A DNA stretch of 63,499 bases, filler included, from an uncultured Methanosarcinales archaeon (lineage in GTDB: Archaea; Nanobdellota; Nanobdellia; Woesearchaeales; CAZXZL01): the NCBI GenBank assembly GCA_964645415.1. It is 5 parts of 5 records of this genome, joined end to end, with 100 filler letters (N's around TTAATTAATTAA, not from the genome) between each part and the next. Parts side by side here need not be neighbours in the genome. Positions count along the whole stretch, not along the records: positions 28,543 to 41,927 come from CAZXZL010000028.1; positions 42,028 to 55,032 come from CAZXZL010000029.1; 3 more parts are not named here. One strand, written 5' to 3'. The notes beneath the pieces were generated by a model that worked only from the letters and a program-made list of their open reading frames with translations, did not search any database and had not been told where the DNA came from. Below, in pieces: positions 40,825-52,489 of this stretch. Position numbers and translations under genes: made by a program. Position 1 is the stretch's first letter, and each line of letters opens with the position of its first letter.

Positions 40825-41889
40825 TTATTCTAAAAGATTATAACTTTTATTTCTTATAATATCTATAAAATCTTCAAGATCTTCTTCATTAAAACTAATA
40901 CCTCCTGCTTTTTCATGTCCTCCTCCGTGTGCTGATTCAATCTTAGAACTGCAATCTTCTAAAAATTCTCCTGCATTAAATTCTAAATGATCTGGAACTC
41001 TCATACTTCCAATAATTTTATTTCTTGAAGTATTTAATACTAAAAGTGGTGTATCTTCAAGATATCTAGCACAAATTACACCTTGAATATTTCTTTTATG
41101 ATTAATAATACTGTATTTAAATGAGCCTAAATCTTTAAAATCCACACTTGTCTTATAATCTTTTTTAAGATCTTTTTTATGCTCAAAAAGTTTTTTTGCC
41201 ATTGGATCATGTTGATAAATAATTGATTCATAATCGGTATTTTTAATTAATGTTTTAATTGCTAATTCTCCATCCCAATGAACTCTTTTACTTACATTAA
41301 ATAAAGAAACATATTTTTGTATTTCAAGATATGTTCTATAACCTTGATTTATTTTCATTAATTCTGGGATAGTTTCTTTTGCTAAAACATATAAATTAAT
41401 TGGAAGATCTTCTACATCTCCAGCATCTCCAAAATAACCAATTAAAGTTAGAAATAAAAAGTATTTAACTTCATGTAAATCAAATTCTTTTAAATTATCT
41501 TTTAAGAAAGTTTCATAAATTAAAAGTGAACAGGATTGTGATTTTGTATCGTGAACTTCACCAATCAATTCGTTTTCTAACATGCTTTCTGATTCAATAG
41601 GATGATGATCAATGTACAATAATGGTTTATCAAGTCTTGCAGTTTGAATATCTGTAGAAATAACCATATCAGCATTTTCATCTATTTCACTATTTTCAAC
41701 TAAAAATACTTCTCCTTTACTGTGATATGTAATATTTTTAGTATATCTTTTAATTAAATGATATATAATTGCACCTGAAGAAACTCCGTCTGCATCCCAA
41801 TGTGCAGCAATATGAACTCTTTTATTTTTAACTTCATTAATAAGACTTTGATAATCTGTTACTTTTTTTGCCATATAATTAGGGCTCAT
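40825..41889 (-). CDS. DHH family phosphoesterase (RecJ-like) with DHHA1 domain
   Basis: HWDADGVSS, IDHH, GD, GSMR, GGGHEKAGG. Confidence 0.9.
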   Translation of the reverse strand: MSPNYMAKKVTDYQSLINEVKNKRVHIAAHWDADGVSSGAIIYHLIKRYTKNITYHSKGEVFLVENSEIDENADMVISTDIQTARLDKPLLYIDHHPIESESMLENELIGEVHDTKSQSCSLLIYETFLKDNLKEFDLHEVKYFLFLTLIGYFGDAGDVEDLPINLYVLAKETIPELMKINQGYRTYLEIQKYVSLFNVSKRVHWDGELAIKTLIKNTDYESIIYQHDPMAKKLFEHKKDLKKDYKTSVDFKDLGSFKYSIINHKRNIQGVICARYLEDTPLLVLNTSRNKIIGSMRVPDHLEFNAGEFLEDCSSKIESAHGGGHEKAGGISFNEEDLEDFIDIIRNKSYNLLE

Positions 41890-42027
41890 AGATTAATATT
41901 TAAACTTTCCCCTCCAATCTTTATCAANNNNNNNNNNNNNNNNNNNNNNNNNNNNNNNNNNNNNNNNNNNNTTAATTAATTAANNNNNNNNNNNNNNNNN
42001 NNNNNNNNNNNNNNNNNNNNNNNNNNN

Positions 42028-42512
<485 letters not shown>

Positions 42513-42526
42513 GTATCTAACTTCTT

Positions 42527-42599
42527 AGCCCCATAGTGTAGAGGCCAATCATGCAGGGTTCTGGTCCCTGTGACTCCGGTTCGATTCCGGGTGGGGCTA
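42527..42599 (+). tRNA. tRNA-Gln(CUG)
   Basis: AGCCCCA/TGGGGCT-A acceptor; CAGGG-TT-CTG-GT-CCCTG anticodon arm; GGTTCGATTCC. Confidence 0.95.
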
Positions 42600-42680
42600 T
42601 AATGAGATTACCGAAATGTTTAAAAACAATACGTTACTTCTATTAAACAATAACACCACACTATTTTTGAGGTAATTAAA

Positions 42681-44078
42681 ATGAAAAAATCAACTATTTT
42701 TATAATAATTATTGGTATATTTATTTCTAGTTCAATCTTAGTTTTTTCAATGAATGATAGAACTAGTTATATTTCTCCATATTATTTTGGATCTGGAAAT
42801 GAACTAATTGATGTAATTAATTTAAGCGAAGAAATGACTGTAAATTTGAGTCCAAATATTGTTGATATAGATGAGACTATAACTAGTTTTGAATTTGGTT
42901 ATCCTTTTGAAGAAGATGGATATTGGGATATTGATTATGATTCTTCTGGTTTTTATATTTCTAATTTGGTTGTTGATACAATTGATAAACCATATAGATA
43001 TTTTTTTGGAGTCAATGTTGAAAATGTAAATCGTCCTCCTGAAGTTTCTGTCTCAGATATTATCGCTGAAGAAAATGAGACATTATATGTTGATTATGAT
43101 GCTTATGATCCTGATGGTCGTGAGTTAAATATTACTTTTGATGCTCCTTTTGATGAGAATGGTGTTTGGGAAACAGAAATTGGAGATGCAGGAAATTATG
43201 TTTCTGCAATTCATGTAAGTGATGGTATTGATACTGTTACTAAGGAATTTGATGTGTTTTTAGAAGAAAAACCATTACCTCCTGAAGTTTTATATGACGA
43301 GATTCAATATGCAAAACAAGGAGAAAATTTCACATTAGATTATGAAATCGTTTCTGATAGAGATTATTCAATTGATATAAGTGGTTGTATGGAGTCTAAC
43401 AAAACTTATTTTGATTATGATTCTCCTAAACAATGTAGAGTTTCAATTGAAGTATCAGATGATTATTTTGATATTAGCAGAGATATAATCATTGAAATTG
43501 AAGAAGTTAATAGACCTCCTGTTATAGAAGAAGTTCAATTAGAATCAGATAATATGACCTTTATTATCGAAGAGAATAATGAATATGACTTATATGAAGG
43601 TCAAAACATTATTTTCCACGTTGATGCTTATGATCCTGACGGGGATGATATTAGCTACTCATTTTATCCTTTTTCAGAGAGATTTGAATTAGGATATGAT
43701 GATTCAGGTATTTATGATGCTAGAGTAGAAGTCACTGATGGAGTGGATAATGTTTCAAAATCCTTTACTTTGAATGTTATTAATGTAAATCGTCCTCCTG
43801 TCATTGAGATCGAAGATGAACACCAAACTAAAGAAGGAGAAAACTTTTCTTTAGAACCAAATGTTTATGATCCTGATGGTGATGATGTTGAAGTTAGTTA
43901 TAGTGGTTGGATGAATGAAAGCATGAGGTATGTTGATTTTGGTGAACATGGTAATCACTCTGTTATTATTAGTGCATTTGATGGTGAAGATGTGACCGAG
44001 AAAGAGATTTTAGTTGAAGTAGAAAGAGTGTTTAGAGAACCTGAAATTAGAGGAATTACTGTTGAAATAATTAACTAA
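42681..44078 (+). CDS. Secreted acidic protein with cadherin/Ig-like repeats
   Basis: Signal peptide; repeated VNRPP..AYDPDGD..V(S/T)DG units. Confidence 0.8.
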   Translation: MKKSTIFIIIIGIFISSSILVFSMNDRTSYISPYYFGSGNELIDVINLSEEMTVNLSPNIVDIDETITSFEFGYPFEEDGYWDIDYDSSGFYISNLVVDTIDKPYRYFFGVNVENVNRPPEVSVSDIIAEENETLYVDYDAYDPDGRELNITFDAPFDENGVWETEIGDAGNYVSAIHVSDGIDTVTKEFDVFLEEKPLPPEVLYDEIQYAKQGENFTLDYEIVSDRDYSIDISGCMESNKTYFDYDSPKQCRVSIEVSDDYFDISRDIIIEIEEVNRPPVIEEVQLESDNMTFIIEENNEYDLYEGQNIIFHVDAYDPDGDDISYSFYPFSERFELGYDDSGIYDARVEVTDGVDNVSKSFTLNVINVNRPPVIEIEDEHQTKEGENFSLEPNVYDPDGDDVEVSYSGWMNESMRYVDFGEHGNHSVIISAFDGEDVTEKEILVEVERVFREPEIRGITVEIIN

Positions 44079-44155
44079 TTTTTTTATTAGTTATTATTTC
44101 GATAACTTTTTATTTTATCTTTATTATTAAGTTTTATAGAGTTCTTAAACAAGAG

Positions 44156-44503
44156 GTGTTTATTATGAAAATCATTACATATGTTTTAATTTTTTTACTT
44201 TTTGGAGCTTTTTTAATCCAAGTTAATTATGAATATAATCTAAAAGAAAGGGAAGATCAAAGAGGTTTTATGTATCAATTTGGAAGTTGGGTTTCTAACT
44301 TATTTGATAATGTTAGAGTTCTTACAGGTTATGCTATTAGAATGGAATGGTTGCCTGACGGAACTGAAGTTACTGATTCAATTGATTATGTTATGAATCA
44401 ATCAGACTATGAAGAAAGTTATGATATTAATGCAACAAATGAGACTATTGACAATTATTCAAATGATTATAATGATAGTCCTGAAGTAATAATTATTGAT
44501 TAA
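44156..44503 (+). CDS. Small membrane-anchored protein
   Basis: N-terminal TM, WLP motif, acidic tail. Confidence 0.65.
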   Translation: MFIMKIITYVLIFLLFGAFLIQVNYEYNLKEREDQRGFMYQFGSWVSNLFDNVRVLTGYAIRMEWLPDGTEVTDSIDYVMNQSDYEESYDINATNETIDNYSNDYNDSPEVIIID

Positions 44504-44510
44504 TTAAAAA

Positions 44511-45500
44511 ATGACCAGTGATGATTATTATTCGAGATTAAAAACATTATTTGGTGAAGAATTTAAAAATTTTAAAGGTAAAAATATAACTATTCTCGGA
44601 TGTGGAGGGATAGGTTCTTTTACTGCAGAATTTTTAGCAAGGTATGGTTTTAACCTACATTTAGTTGATTTTGATTTAGTTGAAGAGACTAATTTATCTA
44701 GGCAAAATTTCACTTTTGATGATGTAGGTAGACCAAAGACAACTTCTTTAAAAGAAAGGATTGAATGTGTAAATCCAGATGTAGTTGTCAAAGAATCAAC
44801 TATTAAATTTAATTCTAAAAATGCTGAAAATATTGTTTCAGGCTCTGATTTAGTTCTTGATTGCTTTGATAATATGGATTCAAAATTACTTTTAAATGAT
44901 ATCTGTAAAAAATTAAATATTCCTTTTATTCATATGGCTGCAATAGAAAGGAAGGGAAATATTTTATTTGTTGGAAATGATGGTCCTTGTCTTTCTTGTC
45001 TTTATGAGAATCCAACAGAAAAAGAAGATAAATGTGATATTGTTGGTGTATCTTCAAATATTCCAACTTTAACTGGATTAATATCCATTGATTTAATTAT
45101 TGATTTCTTTACTGGAAACAAAATTGAAAATAATTTAATTAGAATTAATCTTAAAACGAGAGATATTCGAAAACTTAATCTTAAAAAAAATAAAAATTGT
45201 AAAACTTGTAATAAAAATTATCGTTATTTAATTAATAATAAAAATAAAAAAAAGTATGAAATTGAGTCACTTTGTGAAAAAAATACTTTTCAAGTGATTT
45301 TAAATAATTGTGATTCTTTTAAGAAAAAAATATTAAATTATAAAATTTTAAATAAGAACAAACATTTTCTTAAGTCAAGAACTTGTTTTAATGGTAATAA
45401 TATAGTTATTACTTTTTTTAATGATGGTCGTTGTCTTATAAAAGGACTTAGTAAAATGAGTTCTGTTAAAAAATATATGGAAACAATATGTGGTGATTAA
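44511..45500 (+). CDS. ThiF/MoeB/UbaA E1-like adenylyltransferase
   Basis: GCGGIGS, DFDLVEETNLSRQ, DCFDN, PCLSC, CKTC. Confidence 0.92.
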   Translation: MTSDDYYSRLKTLFGEEFKNFKGKNITILGCGGIGSFTAEFLARYGFNLHLVDFDLVEETNLSRQNFTFDDVGRPKTTSLKERIECVNPDVVVKESTIKFNSKNAENIVSGSDLVLDCFDNMDSKLLLNDICKKLNIPFIHMAAIERKGNILFVGNDGPCLSCLYENPTEKEDKCDIVGVSSNIPTLTGLISIDLIIDFFTGNKIENNLIRINLKTRDIRKLNLKKNKNCKTCNKNYRYLINNKNKKKYEIESLCEKNTFQVILNNCDSFKKKILNYKILNKNKHFLKSRTCFNGNNIVITFFNDGRCLIKGLSKMSSVKKYMETICGD

Positions 45501-47265
45501 AATAATTGCAATATTTTCTTTTCTTTCAATATTATTTTTATCAATTCTATTTAAAAAGTATTTAAAAAAGAGTTTAATTATTACATCTATTATTTCAATA
45601 AATTTAATTTCACTTTTCAGATTGTTGTTTTTTTACTTTAGAATTAATCAATATTTTATATACTTTATTTCCTTTCTAAGTTTATTTCTTTTGATTTTAA
45701 TTTTAACTAAGTTAGATTTAAATTATTTTAAATCTTTTTTATCTTTTTTTAAAAATAAAAAAACAATAATTAATTATCTTATTATTTTAATTCCTTTATT
45801 TATATCATCATTTCTTTTTTTAAACACATCTTATACTTCTTTACAAGAGGATGATTTAATGTATCATTTACCTATTATTAGAGAGATTAGTCAAAACAAT
45901 TACAAATACGAACTATTACCTGATTCAACTAATGTAACTTTTATAAAAACATATATGTTTTTTCCTTTAATTACTGAATCATTTTATTCTTTATTTTATA
46001 ACTCTGCAATTTTTAAATTACTTCCATTATTTCTTTTCTTTTTACTTTCACTTCTTTTATATAAATTATTAAAAGAATTTTTATCTGATTTTTTAGAATC
46101 AAAATATAGACTAATTCACAATATAGTTCCTATTTTTGTTTTAACTCTTCCAATTTTATTAATGCAATCTAATAGATTTTATGTTGATTTGTTTTTAACT
46201 TTAAATTCTTTAGTTGCATTTTATACTCTTTTTCGTATTTATAAAGAAGGATTTTCGTTTTCAAATTCTTTAATATTTGGGATTTCAGTAATGGCTATGA
46301 ACTTAATTAAAATGAGTGGTTTAACTTTTACAATTCCATTATTTTTTATGTTAATGGCTTTATTTAACTTAAAGAACATTAAATATTATGTTTTAATTGG
46401 CTCTTTTTATTTTCTTTCTTCACTTCATTATATTAGAAATTTAATTTTATTTGGTTCTGTTAGTGATATAAATGTTGAACCATTAGGGTTTTTTGAGTAT
46501 ACTATCCAATTCTTTAGTGGTTTTTTAGATAATTTAGGTTACCCTGAATATTTGATTTTTATATTTATCTTTTTATCAATCTTTTTTATAATTAAATTAT
46601 GGAATAATAAAAAAAATATGTTATTTTATTCTTCTTTATACTACATACTTTCTATTATCGCTTTCATATTAATCGCAATTTTTTCAAAACAAAAATTAAT
46701 TATGATTCATTCTTTTTATTTTAGATATATGCTTCCTGTTTCTGTAATCCTTTTTTCAATCTCTTTTATTTACTTTTTTGACTTAAAAAAATGGCTTTCA
46801 AGAATTCCTATTATCCTTATCATAATATTTTTTGTTATTTCAAGTTTTAGTATTTATTTAGATGTTAATATTAATATTTATCCAATTCAAGATGAAGTTA
46901 TTAATAATTTAGGTTACTATCCACTTTCATTTATTTCTGAGACTATTAATGAAGACCTTTCTTATTCAATTGATAGTTATAAAGGTAGAGTATTTTCTTT
47001 TACTGATAGAATAACTTATCTATTAGATGATCCTTTTCGTAGTATTTCATATTCAAAAGAAGGTATGATTGAGAATTTAGATAAGATATGTTCTAATAAT
47101 GGTTATTTAATATTATTTGAATATGATGATTTTGGTGGAGATAGAGGTTATAGAGAATCTGAGAATCATATTATATTACCTGGGATTGAAGATTTCAATG
47201 TTGATTTATATTCTTTTAACAATAATTATCACAAATATACTTTTATTGTTTGTGGTGAAAATTAA
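45490..47265 (+). CDS. Multi-pass membrane protein, probable GT-C glycosyltransferase
   Basis: DDLMYHLP, YVD, K.SG, YIRN, RYMLP; many TM helices. Confidence 0.65.
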   Translation: MVIKIIAIFSFLSILFLSILFKKYLKKSLIITSIISINLISLFRLLFFYFRINQYFIYFISFLSLFLLILILTKLDLNYFKSFLSFFKNKKTIINYLIILIPLFISSFLFLNTSYTSLQEDDLMYHLPIIREISQNNYKYELLPDSTNVTFIKTYMFFPLITESFYSLFYNSAIFKLLPLFLFFLLSLLLYKLLKEFLSDFLESKYRLIHNIVPIFVLTLPILLMQSNRFYVDLFLTLNSLVAFYTLFRIYKEGFSFSNSLIFGISVMAMNLIKMSGLTFTIPLFFMLMALFNLKNIKYYVLIGSFYFLSSLHYIRNLILFGSVSDINVEPLGFFEYTIQFFSGFLDNLGYPEYLIFIFIFLSIFFIIKLWNNKKNMLFYSSLYYILSIIAFILIAIFSKQKLIMIHSFYFRYMLPVSVILFSISFIYFFDLKKWLSRIPIILIIIFFVISSFSIYLDVNINIYPIQDEVINNLGYYPLSFISETINEDLSYSIDSYKGRVFSFTDRITYLLDDPFRSISYSKEGMIENLDKICSNNGYLILFEYDDFGGDRGYRESENHIILPGIEDFNVDLYSFNNNYHKYTFIVCGEN

Positions 47266-47319
47266 TATTTATTAATCAAATTATTTATAAATGATTGTCG
47301 TTACTATTTAAATAACGGG

Positions 47320-47874
47320 GTGTTAGATATGATTAAGAAAGATTTTAGAGTAGTTAATATAGTCGTTTCAACAAGTTTGGGTAGAAAGATGCCTCTCGAA
47401 AAATTGGCAGCAAATTTATCCAATACAGAGTATAATCCTGAGCAGTTTCCAGGTCTTGTTATGAGATTGAGAAATCCAAAAACTTCTGCTTTGATTTTTA
47501 ATTCAGGTAATGTTGTTTGTACTGGTGCAAAAGATATTGCAACAGTTGAAAAGTCTCTTGATAGTATTATTGAAACTTTGAAAAAAGTAAATATTAATAT
47601 TGAAGAGAGACCTAAGATTGAAGTACAAAATATGGTTGCTTCTGGTAATTTCGATGTTCATATTAATTTAAATGAACTTGCAATTAAATTACCTAATACT
47701 GAGTATGAACCTGAGCAGTTTCCAGGATTAGTTTATAAGTTATCTGGTGCGAGAGCAACATTCTTATTATTTACTAATGGTAAGTTTGTATGTACTGGAA
47801 CAAATACTGAACAGGAAGCTGATGAAGCAGTTGATATTCTGATTGAGAAGTTAGATGGAATTTTAAATGACTAA
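47320..47874 (+). CDS. tbp: TATA-box binding protein (probable start ATG 47329)
   Basis: Two repeats NIV/NMV..EY(N/E)PEQFPGLV..LIF.SG..VCTG. Confidence 0.97.
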   Translation: MLDMIKKDFRVVNIVVSTSLGRKMPLEKLAANLSNTEYNPEQFPGLVMRLRNPKTSALIFNSGNVVCTGAKDIATVEKSLDSIIETLKKVNINIEERPKIEVQNMVASGNFDVHINLNELAIKLPNTEYEPEQFPGLVYKLSGARATFLLFTNGKFVCTGTNTEQEADEAVDILIEKLDGILND

Positions 47875-48540
47875 TCTTTCTTCTCTAAAACTGAAATAAC
47901 TTTTCTCGGTCACGATTAAGTGATCGAGGAGTTCAATTCCTATTATTTTTCCTACTTCTTTTATTCTTTTTGTAATCTCTATATCGTTTTGTGATGGTCT
48001 TAGTGATCCTGATGGGTGATTATGAGCTATAATAATTGAACAAGAATTATCTTTTATTGCATTATTATATATCTCTCTTGGATGTATTACTGATTCGTTT
48101 AATGATCCTTTGAATACAATTCTTTTATTAATTAATTTATTTTGGGTATCAAGAGTAATTAAAAATACCTTTTCTTGTTTTAAAGATCTTAATTCATTTT
48201 TTAACATTTTGTAAACTCTTTCTGATGAGTTTAATTTTACTTTATTTAAGTCTATTTCTTTCATTTCTAATCTATTTATTATTTCAAAAATCGAAACTAG
48301 TTTTGATGCTTTTGCTTTACCTATTCCTTTTATTTGCTTTAACTCTTGATATGACATTTCTGATAATTTTTTTAAGCCATATTTTGAAATTATTCTTGTA
48401 CTTAGTTGAATCACATTTTCTTTTTTTGTACCTACTTGAATTATTAAAGCAAGAAGTTCAATATCACTTAATGATTTAACTCCTTTATTTTTTAGTCTTT
48501 CTCTTGGTCTATTTTCTTTTGAAATTTCTTTTATTTTCAT
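47863..48540 (-). CDS. radC: RadC / UPF0758 JAB-domain protein
   Basis: RPRERL..LSDIELL, GIGKAKA, HPRE, AHNHPSG...PS..D, LLDHLI. Confidence 0.93.
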   Translation of the reverse strand: MKIKEISKENRPRERLKNKGVKSLSDIELLALIIQVGTKKENVIQLSTRIISKYGLKKLSEMSYQELKQIKGIGKAKASKLVSIFEIINRLEMKEIDLNKVKLNSSERVYKMLKNELRSLKQEKVFLITLDTQNKLINKRIVFKGSLNESVIHPREIYNNAIKDNSCSIIIAHNHPSGSLRPSQNDIEITKRIKEVGKIIGIELLDHLIVTEKSYFSFREERLVI

Positions 48541-48655
48541 AATAGATAATATTTGAGAATTATTATAAAATTATTTTAATAAATCTTGAATTTTTTTCAC
48601 TTATTAGTGTTAAGATAGATAAAGTTTAAATACTTGAATTTACTTAAAATACTAT

Positions 48656-51058
48656 ATGGGGTATTTTAAAACAATAATTTTAGTATTAATATCTATTTTT
48701 TTCTTTTCTAGTTTTATATACTCTTATGAATGTAATATTGATTTTGGTTTTGATGATTATTTTAATCAAAATCCTGATTTTGAAATAAATTCTGTTTGTG
48801 AAGTTGGTTGTAACATTTCATTATATAATTATGAAGATATTAACATTGAAAACAAATTTTTTGAAAAAAAGTATGGTTTTGATTTTGATTTTGATTTAAA
48901 AGATGGTAAGTATTATTTTGATATTATTTGTTTTAATAATTCCTTCTCAAAAAATTCAACACATTTCTTTGAAATTGATTCAAATCCTCCTATGATTAAT
49001 CCTAATATTTCTTATAGTGAAGATGAGGAATTCTTTGTTTTAGAAAACCATGAAGATTATAGGGACGTAGAAATTTCATTTAAAACTGATAAAGAGAGTA
49101 AGTGTACTTATAATGGGAAAAATATTTTTTCAGACAATTCATTATATCATAAGTTTGAAAAATCTCTTTCTTCAGGAGAATATAATTATTCTATTAATTG
49201 TATTGATGATTTTGGAAATGAAAATGATCTATTACTAAACTTCAAAATATTAAAAAAACCTTATGTTAATATTTCTTTTAATGAAAATATGCCTTTTAAG
49301 GAAGGTTTATATAATTTGAAGTTAACTTCCTCTCGTGATTTAAAAGAATCGCCAACATTAAGATATTCTTATGACCAAAATAATTTTAATACTATTGCTT
49401 TAACAGGAAGTAATGATGAGTGGGAAGGTTATATCCAGATAGATGATTCTAATTCTGAAAAAGTAGGTTCTTTTAAGGTTTCAATAGAAGATATTTATGG
49501 TATTAAAGGTAATTTAATAAAAGAAAATGAAATATTTCTTGTTGATACTAGAGAACCTCCTAAAATTGATGATATCTCTTCTAAGTCAACAGTTTCTGGT
49601 GTAAGGTTAGATTGGTATTATCCTCATGATTTTGATTCTTTTAACATTTATCGTTCTGATTCAGGTGTTCCTTCAAAATTAGATTTCTATGATTCAACAG
49701 ATAGTTTTTCTTATCTAGATGAAAATGTTTCTTACAATGGTTCTTATTACTATTTTGTATCTCCTGTTGATAAAGCAGGTAATGAAGGTGAGTTCTCTGA
49801 TTTATTAGAAACTGAAGGTAGAGATGAAGAAGAGACAGAGCTATCTGATAGAACAATTAATATTTTATCTGATTTAAGTAATGATTTAAGATTAATAGAA
49901 AATAATATCGATTCTTCAATAAAACTTTATAATGATTTAAACGATGATGTTTCATATAGATCAATTCTTGAAGGTCATAATTACTTTGATAAAATAATTA
50001 ATTATTTATCTAAAGTAAGAAGTCTTCAGGAAAATATTTCTAATTTAAATGATGGAAAGTATAATGATTCAAAAACTTACGAGTTAAGTTTAGATATTTC
50101 TTCTGATATTGATGGAATTAGATCCCATATATTTACTGACCTTGAAATTATTGATGAAATTGATAGTAATTTAGAAGTTTCTGAAACTTATTTATCTTCA
50201 TATCTGAATGATTTTGTTGAAAGAATGAGGATAACTGATGAGGATTTAATTAATAAGTATGTTAATTACATTTTAGATCTTAACAGATATGCTTCTTTTG
50301 ATAGGTCCATTAAATTGATTGAAATTTCTTTTCTAGATGATAATTCTGAAAATTATTTATTTTATAATGATAAAGTATCTATTTCAGGAGATTTTAATTA
50401 TTCTGATATTTATTATTACTTTAAAATTGAAGAATATTTAATTAATGGAGATGTTTATTCTTCTGATTGTTCAGATTCTACTTTTCATGAATGTGATATA
50501 GAATCGTCATATAATAGTATTAAATATTCTTTTCCGACATCACAATCTAATATTAATGATGCATTAGATGATGTAATTTATTTTATCTCAGGATCGTCAA
50601 GTGCTTTTGATTCAGAAGTTGAATTAGTTGATACATTATCATCACAAGATTTTGAAGATGACTTTGATGATGAAAGTGATTCTGTTGAACTTGATAAAAA
50701 CTTATCTGATGAAGTTAATGAATCAGATGATTTGAATGAAAGTGGACCACCTGGTTTGATTAGGAGAACAGGATCTGTTTTAACAGGTTTTTTTATTTTT
50801 GATGGTGGTATTAGTTCAAATAATATATTTATATTAATTGGATCACTTCTTTTTATTTCTCTTTTAGGTTATTATCTTTATCTTGAGTTTAGTGATGATA
50901 GTATTAATAATAATGATAACATTGATAATTTTGATTCAGATTTACCTAATTTTAAATCTCCTAGTTTGAAATCTAAAAATGATGATTCAAATCACGAAGA
51001 GATTTCAAATCTATTACGAGAAGCTGAAAATGTATTAGATGGTCTTGATAAAAAATAA
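48656..51058 (+). CDS. Large acidic surface protein with Ig/FN3-like domains and C-terminal TM
   Basis: Signal peptide; LDW..FNIYRS..YYYFVSPVDKAGNE (FN3-like); TM near the C-terminus. Confidence 0.75.
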   Translation: MGYFKTIILVLISIFFFSSFIYSYECNIDFGFDDYFNQNPDFEINSVCEVGCNISLYNYEDINIENKFFEKKYGFDFDFDLKDGKYYFDIICFNNSFSKNSTHFFEIDSNPPMINPNISYSEDEEFFVLENHEDYRDVEISFKTDKESKCTYNGKNIFSDNSLYHKFEKSLSSGEYNYSINCIDDFGNENDLLLNFKILKKPYVNISFNENMPFKEGLYNLKLTSSRDLKESPTLRYSYDQNNFNTIALTGSNDEWEGYIQIDDSNSEKVGSFKVSIEDIYGIKGNLIKENEIFLVDTREPPKIDDISSKSTVSGVRLDWYYPHDFDSFNIYRSDSGVPSKLDFYDSTDSFSYLDENVSYNGSYYYFVSPVDKAGNEGEFSDLLETEGRDEEETELSDRTINILSDLSNDLRLIENNIDSSIKLYNDLNDDVSYRSILEGHNYFDKIINYLSKVRSLQENISNLNDGKYNDSKTYELSLDISSDIDGIRSHIFTDLEIIDEIDSNLEVSETYLSSYLNDFVERMRITDEDLINKYVNYILDLNRYASFDRSIKLIEISFLDDNSENYLFYNDKVSISGDFNYSDIYYYFKIEEYLINGDVYSSDCSDSTFHECDIESSYNSIKYSFPTSQSNINDALDDVIYFISGSSSAFDSEVELVDTLSSQDFEDDFDDESDSVELDKNLSDEVNESDDLNESGPPGLIRRTGSVLTGFFIFDGGISSNNIFILIGSLLFISLLGYYLYLEFSDDSINNNDNIDNFDSDLPNFKSPSLKSKNDDSNHEEISNLLREAENVLDGLDKK

Positions 51059-51090
51059 ATATAACTTTAATTTTTAAAAAAGGTGTAAAA

Positions 51091-52365
51091 ATGAATAAAA
51101 AACTTAAATTTGGTATTAGTCTTTTTTTATTGTCTGTCTTTTGTATTATTTTTATTTCACAAGGAGCTTTATCACAGAGTCTTGCAGTAAGTCCACCTCG
51201 TATTAACTTTGGACAAATGGTAAGAGATGGTTTTGCTGAGGAAACAATTAGAATAAGCACACAAGAAGATATTCCTTTAGAAGTTAATGTTTCATTAAGA
51301 GATGGTTCAAATTTAACTTGGATTGATATCACTCCTGAACAAGATTTATATAATGTTTCAGCAGGAAATCCTGCTTTCATTGATGTTGTTGCTGAACCTC
51401 CTTCAGATCAACCAGATGGTAATTATGAAGGACATTTAAGATTATTAGTTTCTCCTCGAGATGAAAGTGAACTGGAAGGAGACACAGTTGCTGAGATGAC
51501 ACATAGTATTTTAGTTTCACTTTCTACTGAAATTAGTGATGTTGAAATTTATGATTGTAGTATTCATGATTTAAATTATAATACAAACTTAAATGAAGAT
51601 GATGATTTTCAAATATCATTTGACTTTTTAAACGATGGTAATGTATTTATAGATCCAGAAGTTGAAATTACTTTTAGAGACTCAATCTCTGAAGAAATCA
51701 TTCAAAGTGAAGATTTAACTTTTGATACTGTTTCTCCTACTTTATCAAGTTCCTTTTCTGAAAATATTTCCCTTGATTTAGATGAAGGTCAATATTTATT
51801 AGAAATTGAATTTCCTGATTGTGAAGATTATACTTCAAGTTTAATTGATGTTTATGGTGAAGATGAGTTAATTTCATCTGGTCGTATTTCTAATCTAGAT
51901 ATCTCACCTAGAAGAACCTTAGAAGGAAATCCTGTTGAAATTACAGCATCTTATTTGAATGATGGTCAAAAAGAGAACAGTGTTTATATTAGATTTGCAA
52001 TTTATAAAGATGGAAATATTGTTGATATTATTGAAACAAATGAACTTGATATTGATAAAGGTGATGAACACAACTTTTCAACTATCTTTACTCCTGAAGA
52101 AGAAGCTTCTTATGAAGTTGTTGCATTAGGTTATTATGATAGGAGTATTACTTATGAATCTACATCTAGTTTTCTATCTTTTGATGAAAGTAGAGCTGAT
52201 GAACTAGAAGAATTTGAAAAAGAAACTGGAGAAGACATAGGTGGTATTGGTGATGGAACAGAAGAAATTAGTATGATGTTAATATCTATTATATTAATTG
52301 GTTCTATAATATTTATGATTTTAATCATTAGAAAAAAGAAAAAACAAAGTCAAAATTCTTTTTAA
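51091..52365 (+). CDS. Acidic surface protein with Ig-like domains and C-terminal anchor
   Basis: Signal peptide; FLNDGNV; C-terminal TM followed by RKKKK. Confidence 0.75.
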   Translation: MNKKLKFGISLFLLSVFCIIFISQGALSQSLAVSPPRINFGQMVRDGFAEETIRISTQEDIPLEVNVSLRDGSNLTWIDITPEQDLYNVSAGNPAFIDVVAEPPSDQPDGNYEGHLRLLVSPRDESELEGDTVAEMTHSILVSLSTEISDVEIYDCSIHDLNYNTNLNEDDDFQISFDFLNDGNVFIDPEVEITFRDSISEEIIQSEDLTFDTVSPTLSSSFSENISLDLDEGQYLLEIEFPDCEDYTSSLIDVYGEDELISSGRISNLDISPRRTLEGNPVEITASYLNDGQKENSVYIRFAIYKDGNIVDIIETNELDIDKGDEHNFSTIFTPEEEASYEVVALGYYDRSITYESTSSFLSFDESRADELEEFEKETGEDIGGIGDGTEEISMMLISIILIGSIIFMILIIRKKKKQSQNSF

Positions 52366-52489
52366 TTTTTATTTGATTATTTATAGTACTTAATTGTATT
52401 ATGTGTTTTTTTTTTATAAATTTAAAGAAAAGTGCTAAAGATTATTTCTTCGTTTTATTCTTTTTGAATCTACGTTTTATCTTTTTCAA

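Noticed and set aside
44511..48540. Ubiquitin-like conjugation system (E1 plus JAB)
   Set aside because: The JAB protein is an ordinary full-length RadC on the opposite strand, and no Ubl or E2 gene is visible.
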